Assembly: GCA_001769125.1 (NCBI GenBank)
Contig: MEOG01000082.1
Span: 18,747 to 82,746 of the forward strand
Reading direction: 5' to 3'
Length of the DNA: 64,000 bases
From: Bacteroidetes bacterium GWF2_35_48
Lineage (GTDB): Bacteria > Bacteroidota > Bacteroidia > Bacteroidales > GWF2-35-48
Positions 1-10,106 of this stretch are shown here, piece by piece. The position numbers and the translations under genes are program-made. How positions within the stretch are numbered: the stretch's first letter is position 1; every line of letters starts with the position of its first letter. The notes under the pieces are model-generated. The model saw nothing but the letters and a program-made list of their open reading frames with translations. It was not told the origin of the DNA and did no database searches.

Positions 1-501
1 AAGACTAGGGATATAATTGAGGCGGTCATAGACTGGTTATATATACCTTTCAGAAAATTAATACCACAGCAGACCTTCCGCTATGCATTATGTGGTGGGT
101 CAAATACAGTTTTAGATATTTTTCTTTATTTTCTTACCTATAATTTTATTTTGAAGAAACAGGTTTTTAATCTTGGGTTTATTGCAATTAGTCCGCATAT
201 AGCGTCTTTTCTGATTGTTTTCCCGATAACTTTTATTACCGGGTTTATGCTGTCAAAATATATTACTTTTACTGAATCCCAAATTCGCGGGCGCATTCAG
301 CTTTTCAGATATGGAGTAACCGTTTTTGTATGTATACTTCTAAATTATTTTCTACTCAAATTATTCGTGGAATTTTTTTTATTTTATCCAACACCTTCCA
401 AAATGCTAACAGCCGGAATTGTAGTTGTGTACAGCTATCTGTCGAATAAATATTACACATTTAAAATTAAGAAAGACAAACCAATCGTAAACAAGCAATG
501 A
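1..501 (+). CDS. GtrA family membrane protein (5' partial, open from window edge)
   Basis: Frame 1 is open from nt 1 with no Met upstream of the track start at 151. Translation ..QQTFRYALCGGSNTVLDIFLYFLTYNFIL.. plus several TM helices fits GtrA-like proteins. 4-nt ATGA overlap with the next gene. Confidence 0.7.
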   Translation, partial: KTRDIIEAVIDWLYIPFRKLIPQQTFRYALCGGSNTVLDIFLYFLTYNFILKKQVFNLGFIAISPHIASFLIVFPITFITGFMLSKYITFTESQIRGRIQLFRYGVTVFVCILLNYFLLKLFVEFFLFYPTPSKMLTAGIVVVYSYLSNKYYTFKIKKDKPIVNKQ

Positions 502-1898
502 AAACCAAAAAGATTTTCAGGCTTTCATTTATTGGTATTATTTCTTTAACCGGAGTTTTGCATGGTTTGCATTTTCTTACCGGAGGTCGTATTCCGGAAA
601 TGCTGCTTCTTATATTCAGGATTTTCGCATTGAGTGTATTTGTCTGGTATGCATTCAGAAAAAAATCACTTACTACCTGGATTCTTATAAGTATGCTTGC
701 TGGCGCAGAATTCGGACACGATTTGCCCCAAATAGCAGTGCATTTGCAGGTAATCAGCAAAGTTTTTCTCAATCTTATCAAAACAGTCATTGCGCCTTTA
801 CTTTTTGCAACATTAGTTGTTGGTATTGCGGGTCATTCGAATCTGAAGCAGGTAGGGCGTATGGGATGGAAATCCATTTTGTATTTTGAAGTAGTTTCAA
901 CCATAGCACTGGTTATAGGGCTGCTTGCAATTAACATCAGTCAGGCCGGAATAGGAGTGGAGGTGCCCATAGAGTTGGCTGCATCAGGCGGTCAGGAATT
1001 TAAAAAATTAACAACAGAAGAACTTATACTGCATGTATTTCCCGAAAATATTGCAAAATCAATATATGAGGGACAAATATTGCAAATAGTTGTATTCAGC
1101 ATTATCTTCGGAATAGCAGTAGCTTTGCTGAAAGACAAACATAAAGACCCGATGCTGCGATTTTCAGAGGGCTTGTCGGAAACCATGTTTAAGTTTACGG
1201 GATTGATTATGTATATCGCACCTTTGGCTGTATTTGCAGCAATTGCAGCAACAGTAGGACACATGGGGATTGATATTTTAAAAAATTTATTTCAGTTGCT
1301 GGCAACTCTCTACATTGCGCTGTTCGTTTTTATCCTGTGTGTATTCCTGCCCATAATGCTATATTTGAAAATTCCGATAAAGAATTTTATTTGCGCCGTG
1401 TCTGAACCTGCGACACTCGCCTTTGCAACAACAAGTTCAGAATCTGCATTGCCCCGCGCTATGGAAGCCATGGAAAAGTTTGGAGTGCCACGTAAAATTG
1501 TTGCTTTTGTTATGCCCATGGGTTACAGCTTTAATTTGGATGGAACAACGCTTTATTTATCCCTTGCAACAATTTTTGTTGCGCAGATTTCGGGCATACA
1601 TTTAGACTGGGATCAACAGATAATGATTGTTATAACCCTTATGCTTACAAGCAAAGGAGTAGCAGGTGTACCGCGAGCTTCGCTTGTGATTTTATTAGGA
1701 ACAGCAGCCCAGTTTGGATTGCCCTCCTGGCCGATTTTTATTATTCTTGGAATAGATGAATTGATGGACATGGCTCGCAGCACTGTAAACCTGACAGGAA
1801 ATTGTCTTGCCACGGCTGTAATTGCAAAATGGGAAAATGAGTTTGATGAGAAGAAAGCGAGAGAGAGTTTTGAAGAGAGAGAAGGAGAGGGGGAGTAA
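498..1898 (+). CDS. dicarboxylate/amino acid:cation symporter (DAACS / SDF family, GltP/DctA-like)
   Basis: 466 aa polytopic protein with motifs TSSESALPRAMEAME, GYSFNLDGTTLY and KGVAGVPRASLV, typical of sodium:dicarboxylate symporter family proteins. Confidence 0.9.
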   Translation: MKTKKIFRLSFIGIISLTGVLHGLHFLTGGRIPEMLLLIFRIFALSVFVWYAFRKKSLTTWILISMLAGAEFGHDLPQIAVHLQVISKVFLNLIKTVIAPLLFATLVVGIAGHSNLKQVGRMGWKSILYFEVVSTIALVIGLLAINISQAGIGVEVPIELAASGGQEFKKLTTEELILHVFPENIAKSIYEGQILQIVVFSIIFGIAVALLKDKHKDPMLRFSEGLSETMFKFTGLIMYIAPLAVFAAIAATVGHMGIDILKNLFQLLATLYIALFVFILCVFLPIMLYLKIPIKNFICAVSEPATLAFATTSSESALPRAMEAMEKFGVPRKIVAFVMPMGYSFNLDGTTLYLSLATIFVAQISGIHLDWDQQIMIVITLMLTSKGVAGVPRASLVILLGTAAQFGLPSWPIFIILGIDELMDMARSTVNLTGNCLATAVIAKWENEFDEKKARESFEEREGEGE

Positions 1899-2033
1899 AG
1901 AATTAATTGATTACGTCAAGCGTGAGATGCACTCGACTAAGTCGAGCACAAACAGAAGCGAGATACGAGCGCGAACAGGGGGATTTGTTTGAAGTGGAAT
2001 ATGATGATGTGATTTTGAGGGAAAATTAAATTC

Positions 2034-2073
2034 AAAAAAGGGACATTGAGCGTAGTCGAAATGTCCCTTTTTT
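2034..2073. terminator. bidirectional rho-independent terminator; hairpin loop carries the GAGCGTAGTCGAA motif
   Basis: A-run, stem GGGACAT (2040-2046) / ATGTCCC (2061-2067), then T-run. Lies between the convergent symporter and ygfK-like genes. Confidence 0.75.
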
Positions 2074-2074
2074 A

Positions 2075-5000
2075 TTACATCATCTTTTCTACAACGCTGA
2101 ACAACACTTGCATTTCAGATGCTCTCCTGAGGTTTGCTTCGCGAACATCTTCTTTAAAAAATTCTGCGCGCACGACCGAAAAATCTTTTTTTCTCAATTC
2201 AATAACATAGTCGGGATGCTCGTAAACCCAATGCTCAACATGGTCGGTAAGCGTTTCAACAATACTATTTTCTTTATGTATTAAAACTGTTTTTAAGGGC
2301 AGTTTACTCAAATAAAATCCATAATCGGAAGCTTTAAAACTTTCTAATGTTAAATGCACCTTGGGCTTATCTGCAAAAGGTTTTCCGCTGGTAGGACAAA
2401 ATGTAGTGCAGTTTCCACATTCATTGCAAAAATCGGCAATGTTCAGCACCTGATATTTTTGTGTGATTTTAAAAGATTCGTCTTGTTCATAAGCAATACT
2501 TCCATCAGTTTTTTTAATTATTTTTTGAAGAGGGATTTCGCAAAGTTCTGTTTCATAAGCAGTGTTCGCTCTATTTGGGCAAACTGTTACACAAACACTA
2601 CAAACATCATCGCAATAGAGGCATCTTTCTGCTTCTTCCACTGCCTGTTCTTTTGTTAATGGTAAAACTACAGCATTAAAGCCCACTCTCTTTTCAACAG
2701 CTATTTCATTCAAATGTATTCCATGTTTTCTGTAGCTTTTCCTGCTGATGTACTCATTAAAAGATAATCCTTTTTTGTTTTCCAAAGGCGCTGAGTTGAA
2801 TTGCTTTTCAGCTTTTTTAATTATTGCGTTGGCAACTTTTCTTCCATCAGCAACAGCTTTTATTACTGTAGCTCCGCCCCTCATTGCATCGCCGCCGATA
2901 AATACATTTTGAATTTTTGTTTCGTATAAATCCTGCGTATTTTCAATAAGAGAAGCATCGGTAAAATCTGCAACAACATCTTGTCCTAATGCAGGAATAA
3001 TTGTATCGCAGAAAATGTCAAAATCCGATCCTTCAATTTTTACGGGCTTCAATCTTCCTTTCGCATCTTTGCCGGAGAGGCTCATTTTGCTGCATCTCAA
3101 GCCTGCTACTTTTCCATTTTCAGGAATAATTTTTTCGGGCGCTGTCAGCTCAACCACAGGAATACCTTCTTCCAGTAATGCTTTTACTTCCTCAGGGTCT
3201 GCCGGCATTTCGTATCGCGTGCGACGATAAACAACCGAAACATTTCCGGGAGATATACGATTTGCTGTTCGTGCGACATCCATTGCAGTATTTCCTCCTC
3301 CAATCACTAAAATATTTTTGCCAAGATTTACATTTCTACCCTGTCTGACATCTGATAAAAATTTTAAAGAATCAATCACTCCGTGTGCATCTTCGTTTTC
3401 AATGCCTAAATCTTTTGCTTTCTGCGCTCCTACTGCAATGTAAACAAAATCATTTTCTTTTTGAATGGCTGCAAATTTTTCTTTACTTACCGGAATGTTG
3501 TACAGAATTTTTACTCCCAGATTTTGTATCCGGTCAATATCTTTTTTAATTGCATCAGCAGTGAGCCTGAACGAGGGAATCGCATCAGAAACCATACCTC
3601 CCGCTATATTTTTTGTTTCGTAAACAGTTACCTCAAATCCTGCAAGATTCAGAAAAAAAGCGCAGGAAAGACCCGACGGTCCCGCTCCTATTACAGCCAC
3701 TTTCAGTCCGTTTTTATTTTTTGGAACAAGCATCGCATCGCTGTTGTTTTGTTCTGAAATAAAGCGCTTGACTTCACGAATTAAAACAGGATTATCATAA
3801 TTTATTCGTGTGCATTTTGATTGACATTGATGATCGCACACCATACCCAAAACAGTAGGAAATGGATTAGTTCGTGTAATTACTTCCCACGCTTTCTGGA
3901 AATCGCCTTTTGCTGTATGATAAAGATACTCGGGAATGTCCTGATTCGTCGGGCAGGTATCAACACAGGGAGCATGAATGCAGTCAAAATGATGCAGTGG
4001 CCGCAAGTTCTTTATATTTGGCGAAGTAAACGGATCTCTTTTAAATAAAGAATTTTCAATTACAGAAACAGCATATTTATTCAAATATTCAAGCGACCCG
4101 TTTATGTCTGAAACGCTCAAGGTCTTCATTTCATCGCAATATTGTTTCAGACGACCATATCCTCCCGGTTTTAAAATATCGGAACACACTGTTACAGGGC
4201 GAAGTTCGCATTTTAAAATATCATTAATATTGAAACAATCGGCACCTGCAGAAAAAGAAATATCAAGAGCACCGCTGAATTCATTTTGCAATTTTGCAGC
4301 AAGATTAATACTTATCGGATGCAGTGCCCTGCCGCTCATATACATCATTTTCTCGTTCGGCGGAAAAACATCTTTGTTATTGACACTTTCAAGCGTATTT
4401 GTAAGTTTCAATCCGAAAAAAACATTATTTTTCTTAGCTGCTTCTGTAAGTGATTTTATTAATTTTAATGCGTCTGGGTATTTCAAATCGTGCGAGAATG
4501 CTTCATCAGGGACTTCTGTTTTAAAACCAAGATTTGTATTTAGTATATTTCGCAGCTCATCTTTCCCTAATAGAGTTGGATTTAACTTTATTGTTGTATG
4601 AAATTTTTTCTCGTCAATAAGATAAAGTCCGATTTTTTCAATTTCTTCGGGCGGACAACCATGCATGGTAGACAGCGTAATGGTATCTGAAATGCAATCG
4701 GGAATTTCAATTTTTAATATATCTGGATAAACAGACGCAAGCTGTTTAATTTTTTCTTCTTTTTCGATTTTGCAATTCTGCATTTTGCTGAAAAACCACT
4801 GAACATTTTCCTTAAGAATACCTTCAAGATTGTAACCAGCACTCATGTTAAATATACAGCCGACTTCTTCGCTCTTCCACCCGAATAAATCTTTTAAAAC
4901 ATGAATAATAATCCATGCATCAAGGTATTGATGAAAGGACTGGCATATCTTTAATTCCTGCGACCATTCACAGTTATAGCCTTCATCCTGCATGTCAATA

Positions 5001-5293
5001 CAGGGTTTGCTGACGTCAAGTTCATCAAGCGTCTGAATGGTTTTCAGCTCCATATAACGCGCCCCGCAAAGCCATGCGGAAATAATATTCTGCGACATTT
5101 GTGTGTGCGGGCCTGCTGCAACACCAATCGGCGTTTCTAAAACTTTTCCGAAACGTGTTAAACGAAACGAATCTGTAGCTTCCGGTTTAAAAAATAATTC
5201 TTTCGGAATGCCAAAGATATGGCCATGTTTATAATCTTTCAATATTATTGAAAGCAATTGCGCGGTCGGGATAATTGTAAATTTGTCTGACAT
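2075..5293 (-). CDS. ygfK: YgfK-type multidomain flavoprotein/Fe-S oxidoreductase (putative selenate reductase subunit YgfK family)
   Basis: 1072 aa. N-terminal dihydroorotate/dihydropyrimidine-dehydrogenase-like barrel (PIGVAAGPHTQ, TMHGCPPEE). Central GltD-like part (CIHAPCVDTCP, VAVIGAGPSGLSCA, LVIGGGNTAMDVAR). C-terminal 2x[4Fe-4S] (CLYCDDVCSVCVTVCP, CNECGNCTTFCP). Confidence 0.75.
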   Translation of the reverse strand: MSDKFTIIPTAQLLSIILKDYKHGHIFGIPKELFFKPEATDSFRLTRFGKVLETPIGVAAGPHTQMSQNIISAWLCGARYMELKTIQTLDELDVSKPCIDMQDEGYNCEWSQELKICQSFHQYLDAWIIIHVLKDLFGWKSEEVGCIFNMSAGYNLEGILKENVQWFFSKMQNCKIEKEEKIKQLASVYPDILKIEIPDCISDTITLSTMHGCPPEEIEKIGLYLIDEKKFHTTIKLNPTLLGKDELRNILNTNLGFKTEVPDEAFSHDLKYPDALKLIKSLTEAAKKNNVFFGLKLTNTLESVNNKDVFPPNEKMMYMSGRALHPISINLAAKLQNEFSGALDISFSAGADCFNINDILKCELRPVTVCSDILKPGGYGRLKQYCDEMKTLSVSDINGSLEYLNKYAVSVIENSLFKRDPFTSPNIKNLRPLHHFDCIHAPCVDTCPTNQDIPEYLYHTAKGDFQKAWEVITRTNPFPTVLGMVCDHQCQSKCTRINYDNPVLIREVKRFISEQNNSDAMLVPKNKNGLKVAVIGAGPSGLSCAFFLNLAGFEVTVYETKNIAGGMVSDAIPSFRLTADAIKKDIDRIQNLGVKILYNIPVSKEKFAAIQKENDFVYIAVGAQKAKDLGIENEDAHGVIDSLKFLSDVRQGRNVNLGKNILVIGGGNTAMDVARTANRISPGNVSVVYRRTRYEMPADPEEVKALLEEGIPVVELTAPEKIIPENGKVAGLRCSKMSLSGKDAKGRLKPVKIEGSDFDIFCDTIIPALGQDVVADFTDASLIENTQDLYETKIQNVFIGGDAMRGGATVIKAVADGRKVANAIIKKAEKQFNSAPLENKKGLSFNEYISRKSYRKHGIHLNEIAVEKRVGFNAVVLPLTKEQAVEEAERCLYCDDVCSVCVTVCPNRANTAYETELCEIPLQKIIKKTDGSIAYEQDESFKITQKYQVLNIADFCNECGNCTTFCPTSGKPFADKPKVHLTLESFKASDYGFYLSKLPLKTVLIHKENSIVETLTDHVEHWVYEHPDYVIELRKKDFSVVRAEFFKEDVREANLRRASEMQVLFSVVEKMM

Positions 5294-5389
5294 TTTTTGA
5301 TATTTATTTAGTTTATATATTGCTGCTTCACTTTAAACACTTTAAATTTTAACTTAATTTATACCATTGAATGTATAATTTATAAGTCA

Positions 5390-5686
5390 TTAATCTTTGA
5401 TCCTATTTTTCAAATCCATCTGTTCATGAAGAATTCTAATAATCTCTATGTTTTTTTTAACTTGTCGATAAAAAACAATGTGCATCCCGACTTTTAATCC
5501 TTGCAAGCAATCTAAAATATCAAAATAGTTTTTACCGATATTGGGGTTAAAAGATATTTCTTCAAAACTCGCGATCAGTAGTTGATAATAAATATCGGCT
5601 TGCTTTTCAGACCAATTTTCTAATGTATACAGCCAAATATCCGACAAATCCTCAACTGCTTTATTTGTCAAAAAAAATTTAGCCAT
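5390..5686 (-). CDS. parE: type II toxin-antitoxin system ParE/RelE family toxin
   Basis: 98 aa. Pattern A..DL..IW.Y....WS..QA..Y...L and the C-terminal ILHE.MD motif. 8-nt overlap with the upstream antitoxin gene. Confidence 0.8.
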   Translation of the reverse strand: MAKFFLTNKAVEDLSDIWLYTLENWSEKQADIYYQLLIASFEEISFNPNIGKNYFDILDCLQGLKVGMHIVFYRQVKKNIEIIRILHEQMDLKNRIKD

Positions 5687-5924
5687 TATTTTGAGATTTT
5701 AATAATTTTAAATGTCTCTCGGGATTAAAATTTTTAGCTATTCCACTATCTATCCCTTCTTGAATTGCTTCTTTCAACACATTCATTTTATTTTCCTCTT
5801 CTTCTAATAGCCTCAATCCAGCACGAATAACTTCACTTACATTATTGTAACGACCAGTTATTACTCGTCCCTGAACAAATTTGTCGAAATATGAACCTAA
5901 TGAGATTGACGTATTCCTATTCAT
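5679..5924 (-). CDS. parD: type II antitoxin, ParD/CopG ribbon-helix-helix family
   Basis: Start moved to the internal ATG (MNRNTSISLG...). Motifs YNNVSEVIRAGLRLLEEEE and a C-terminal dimerisation helix are typical of ParD. The track's longer ORF (to 6047) has no supporting features. Confidence 0.75.
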   Translation of the reverse strand: MNRNTSISLGSYFDKFVQGRVITGRYNNVSEVIRAGLRLLEEEENKMNVLKEAIQEGIDSGIAKNFNPERHLKLLKSQNNG

Positions 5925-6184
5925 AATATTAATTTTTTCAAATATACCAAAGATTGGTATTAATATCAAATTTAAAATCTGTTTTTTATAATCCCGCAAA
6001 ACTGTGAGCCTGCCTGTCGAAATTGTGTAACCTGTAACAAAGGGCATAAGTTTATGAATTAAATAAGTTAATTAACTCATATACAATAGCCGACAAAATA
6101 AAATACTGCAAATTGCTTTTTATTGTTAAGAAAATTTATTTAATTTGTACAAAATTTGAATTTTAAAACTAAAATATTAATAGT

Positions 6185-6913
6185 ATGAAAAAATTTATTA
6201 TTCTTCCTCTTGTGCTTATTTTTTGTGGTCAATTAATAGCACAGAATAAATTTTCAGGCGGTTTGTTTTTTGCTCCAGGAGTATCATGGATGGCTCCACA
6301 GAATAAAAAAGAAGCTGAAAGTACAGGAATGGGTTTTTCTTATAAAGTCGGAGCTGAACTTGATATTAATTTAGTGGAAAATTTTGCTTTTTGCATGGCA
6401 TTGCAATATGCTAAATACGGTGGGAAATTACAGTTTAATGATACTATTGCTGAATTTAAAACCAAAGATGAAACTTTTTTAAATATTCTACCTAAAAGTC
6501 AAATTAAATATAAAATTAATTATTTAGAAATACCGCTATCATTTAAAGGAAAGCAAAAAGTAAATTATATGACCTATTTTTTAAAGGCCGGAGGGCAACT
6601 TGGTATTGGTCTTATGTCTCAAACTTCAGATATGAAATGGACAATTGCTTCTACTGATTCTACAATTGTTCCAACAGAGACAGAAGTTACAGATGCTATC
6701 ATGGATAAACAAACCGGAATTTTTAATTTAGGATACCACTTGGGTGGAGGTATTGAATATGCAATTGCAGATAATACACGTTTACTTGTTGAATTTTTAT
6801 ATTGTGGTGGGTTTTACAACATTAATAATACTGAGATATTAATAAATGGCAAAAAAGACAACCCATTTGTAAAACTCGGCAATGTTGAGTTAAAAGTTGG
6901 TATCATGTTTTAA
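6185..6913 (+). CDS. outer membrane beta-barrel protein (porin family / OMP_b-brl_2-like)
   Basis: Signal peptide MKKFIILPLVLIFCGQLIAQ, alternating amphipathic beta-strands, C-terminal ..VELKVGIMF aromatic terminus. Confidence 0.65.
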   Translation: MKKFIILPLVLIFCGQLIAQNKFSGGLFFAPGVSWMAPQNKKEAESTGMGFSYKVGAELDINLVENFAFCMALQYAKYGGKLQFNDTIAEFKTKDETFLNILPKSQIKYKINYLEIPLSFKGKQKVNYMTYFLKAGGQLGIGLMSQTSDMKWTIASTDSTIVPTETEVTDAIMDKQTGIFNLGYHLGGGIEYAIADNTRLLVEFLYCGGFYNINNTEILINGKKDNPFVKLGNVELKVGIMF

Positions 6914-6931
6914 TTATTAAAAAATAGTTGA

Positions 6932-6968
6932 AGTCCCAATTCCTGCAAGAGTTGGGACTTTTTTTTTA
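6932..6968 (+). terminator. rho-independent terminator
   Basis: Stem AGTCCCAA (6932-6939) / TTGGGACT (6952-6959) followed by a T9 run. Confidence 0.75.
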
Positions 6969-6988
6969 TATCACAAACAAAAGAAAAA

Positions 6989-8641
6989 ATGAAAATTGCA
7001 CTCGCACAACTGAATTACCATATAGGAAATCTTAAAGAAAATTCAGAAAAAATAATTCATGCTATTAAGAATGCCGAAAAAGAAAAGGCAGATATAATAA
7101 TATTTTCAGAGCTGTGTGTGTGTGGCTATATCCCACAAGATTTACTTGAACAAAAAGATTTTATATCACGTTGCCTTGAGACAGTTAAAAAAATTGCGGC
7201 TTCCTGCACGCATATAACAGCAATAGTAGGCGCTCCCAGTATTAATAATGACAATAAAGGGAAAAAATTATATAATTCTGCATATATTCTGGCTGATGGA
7301 AAAATTCAATCTGTTTTTCATAAAACACTACTTCCAACGTATGATATTTTTGACGAATACCGCTATTTTGAACCGAATTCAGATTTTGGATTACTGGAAA
7401 TAAACAATAAAAAAATTGCAATTACAATTTGTGAAGATTTGTGGGACGAACAAAATTTTGATTATGATTTCGCACAGGGGAAACTGTACAAAACATCTCC
7501 CATGGAAAAGCTTTCAGCATTAAATCCCGATTTTATTATCAATATAGCGGCTTCCCCTTTTTCCTACAATCAGGATGATGTTAGAAAAAATATTTTGGTA
7601 TTAAATGCGAAAAAATACACGTGTCCGATTTTTTACGTCAATCAGATTGGCGCGCAAACAGAGCTCATTTTTGACGGAGGCTCTATGGTCATTAACAGCA
7701 GGGGTACTGTTTTTAAGCAAATGAAATTTTTTGAAGAAGACATTGCGGTAATTAATTCGGAAGATATTGAAAAAACAGAAAATGAAAACTTATCTGTTAA
7801 TCCTGTTGTAGAAAAAATGTACGATGCGCTTGTTCTTGGAATAAAAGATTACTTTGTTAAATCTTGCTTTAAACAAGCAGTATTAGGTCTATCAGGAGGA
7901 ATTGATTCTGCGCTTACATTAGTACTTGCTGTAAGAGCGCTGGGAAATGACAATGTCAGGGTGCTTCTGATGCCGTCTAAATATTCATCCGATCATTCTG
8001 TAGACGATGCGCTGCAACTCGCTCACAAATTAGAAGTTCGCTACGATGTCATAAACATCCAAAACAGTGTTGATACAACAGAACATGCGTTATTTCCGGT
8101 ATTTATGGGAAGAAAGGCAGATTTAACAGAAGAAAATATTCAGGCGCGAATTCGGGGTGTGCTGCTTATGGCTGTATCAAATAAATTTGGAACAATTTTG
8201 CTGAACACTTCCAATAAAAGCGAGGCAGCAACAGGCTACGGAACTTTGTATGGCGATATGTGCGGTGGTCTTTCCGTACTTGGAGATGTGTATAAAACAG
8301 ATGTGTATAAAATGGCTGAATTTATTAATAAAGACGAAGAAATAATTCCCTGGAACACTATCACGAAACCTCCATCAGCAGAGCTTCGTCCCGACCAGAA
8401 AGACTCCGATTCCTTGCCGGAATATGAAGTGTTAGATAAAATTCTTTTCAATTATATTGAAATGAAAAAATCACATTCAGAAATCGTAAGCATAGGCTTT
8501 GATGAAGCTATCGTGCGCAAAGTACTTCGCCTCGTAAATAGTAATGAATACAAAAGATTTCAAGCACCTCCGATATTAAGAGTTTCATCAAAAGCATTTG
8601 GATTTGGTCGAAGAATGCCTATTGTAGCGAGATTTGAGTGA
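6989..8641 (+). CDS. nadE: glutamine-dependent NAD+ synthetase
   Basis: 550 aa. N-terminal nitrilase/CN-hydrolase domain (FSEL, ICEDLW). C-terminal NAD synthetase domain with the PP-loop GLSGGIDSA. Confidence 0.95.
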   Translation: MKIALAQLNYHIGNLKENSEKIIHAIKNAEKEKADIIIFSELCVCGYIPQDLLEQKDFISRCLETVKKIAASCTHITAIVGAPSINNDNKGKKLYNSAYILADGKIQSVFHKTLLPTYDIFDEYRYFEPNSDFGLLEINNKKIAITICEDLWDEQNFDYDFAQGKLYKTSPMEKLSALNPDFIINIAASPFSYNQDDVRKNILVLNAKKYTCPIFYVNQIGAQTELIFDGGSMVINSRGTVFKQMKFFEEDIAVINSEDIEKTENENLSVNPVVEKMYDALVLGIKDYFVKSCFKQAVLGLSGGIDSALTLVLAVRALGNDNVRVLLMPSKYSSDHSVDDALQLAHKLEVRYDVINIQNSVDTTEHALFPVFMGRKADLTEENIQARIRGVLLMAVSNKFGTILLNTSNKSEAATGYGTLYGDMCGGLSVLGDVYKTDVYKMAEFINKDEEIIPWNTITKPPSAELRPDQKDSDSLPEYEVLDKILFNYIEMKKSHSEIVSIGFDEAIVRKVLRLVNSNEYKRFQAPPILRVSSKAFGFGRRMPIVARFE

Positions 8642-8681
8642 AAAAGCATGCTGTTCTGGCAAAATTTGATTCCAAATGTAC

Positions 8682-10106
8682 TTACTCAATTTCCTTCAAC
8701 TTCTTTTCTGCATCTGCTTTTCTTTTTCCATTTTTGGAAATGATATCCTGAAGCAATTTTTTGGCTTTTTCATTTTCATTTTTCTTAATATAAATTAAGG
8801 ACAGATAATAGCCGGCATCTTCTGTATACACAGAAACACTCATGTTTAAAAGTGCTTCAAACAGCTTTATGGATTTGTTTATTTTCTCTGCATTATAGAA
8901 TGAAAGTCCGCAGTAATAAATCGCTTTATTATTCGCAGGTTCATTTTTTATAATTTCTTCAAACAAATCTGCGGCTTTAGAATAATTTTTATTTTCAAAT
9001 GCCTGCATTGCCTCATCAATAGGAGCGGTACTGCCTGTTGTTGCGTCCTGAGAAATCATTATAGCACTAGCCGGCATTTCTTTATTTTTTTTATCTGCTT
9101 TTTTCCTTGCCTTACTTTCTCCGGAAGCCCTCTTTTGCTCTTCCTCTTTTTTTGCAGATTTTTCACGGTCTTTATCCGCTTTTTTCTTTTCGTCAAGTTC
9201 AATGTGGCGCTTTTTTTCTTTTGAAACCGTAGGCTCATCTTCATTCGCTGTTTTTCCTCCTGCTAACAAATTCCCTTCAACATTTAATTGCTCGTTTGCT
9301 GTCGCGTTATCTTTTTTGGAAACTATTTGTTTTTTCAATGTTTCATCATTATCAGACTTTGATGATTCAGACTTCATATCAAGAGCAATATCTGAAACTA
9401 TAAAAACTTTTTCTGCCGATTTTGTTACAGCCGCTTTTCCTGAGCCTGATCCTGCGCCATAAGCACTATTTTCACTTTTGCCATCTGCTTCTGCTTTTGA
9501 AAATTTTGTTTCAAGATTTTTATCTTCTTCTGAAAGAATTTCGCTCTCACTGTCTTCTACTATAGCATCTATAATTGTAGCTTTTGTCTTTTTTCCAGAG
9601 GCATTTTTTTCTTCAAGATAATCCGCCTTTTCAGTTTCTTCTTTTAGAGTTTTTTCTTCCTGCGGAAGTGGTTTTTTGTCATCTAAATGAGTTTCTTTTC
9701 GTGCTTTTAAATCTGAATTTGTATTTAGAGAAAGCAATGATTTTTCGGTTAATGAATTATTATTAATTATTAAATAGACAATAATGGATGTGACAAAAAG
9801 AAAAAGAATCGCGGCTGCAATTTTCAGATACATGGGAATATTTTTCTTTGCTGTTTCAGGAGACAGTTTTATTTGAATCTGTTGTTTCAGAAAAGTTACA
9901 TCTGCCTCAACTTTTTCAGGATTATTGATAAAAGCCATGCCGTCCACTTCATCAGAGCACATTTCACAGGATGCTAAATGTTCTTCAAGGGAACGAAGCT
10001 CTGTTCCGGAAAGCTTTCCCTGAACGTACTTGCGCAGCGTATCTCCGGGCGGACATTCCGAATGGCCAACTATTTTATTCAACTTTTCGTCCATAATTTT
10101 TTTCAA
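8682..10106 (-). CDS. anti-sigma factor (zf-HC2) with one TM helix, a long K/E/S-rich linker and a C-terminal TPR-like domain
   Basis: N-terminal HLASCEMCSDEV zinc-finger motif, TM segment IAAILFLFVTSIIVYLII, TPR-like C-terminus. Overlaps the stop of the upstream ECF sigma gene. Confidence 0.6.
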   Translation of the reverse strand: MKKIMDEKLNKIVGHSECPPGDTLRKYVQGKLSGTELRSLEEHLASCEMCSDEVDGMAFINNPEKVEADVTFLKQQIQIKLSPETAKKNIPMYLKIAAAILFLFVTSIIVYLIINNNSLTEKSLLSLNTNSDLKARKETHLDDKKPLPQEEKTLKEETEKADYLEEKNASGKKTKATIIDAIVEDSESEILSEEDKNLETKFSKAEADGKSENSAYGAGSGSGKAAVTKSAEKVFIVSDIALDMKSESSKSDNDETLKKQIVSKKDNATANEQLNVEGNLLAGGKTANEDEPTVSKEKKRHIELDEKKKADKDREKSAKKEEEQKRASGESKARKKADKKNKEMPASAIMISQDATTGSTAPIDEAMQAFENKNYSKAADLFEEIIKNEPANNKAIYYCGLSFYNAEKINKSIKLFEALLNMSVSVYTEDAGYYLSLIYIKKNENEKAKKLLQDIISKNGKRKADAEKKLKEIE

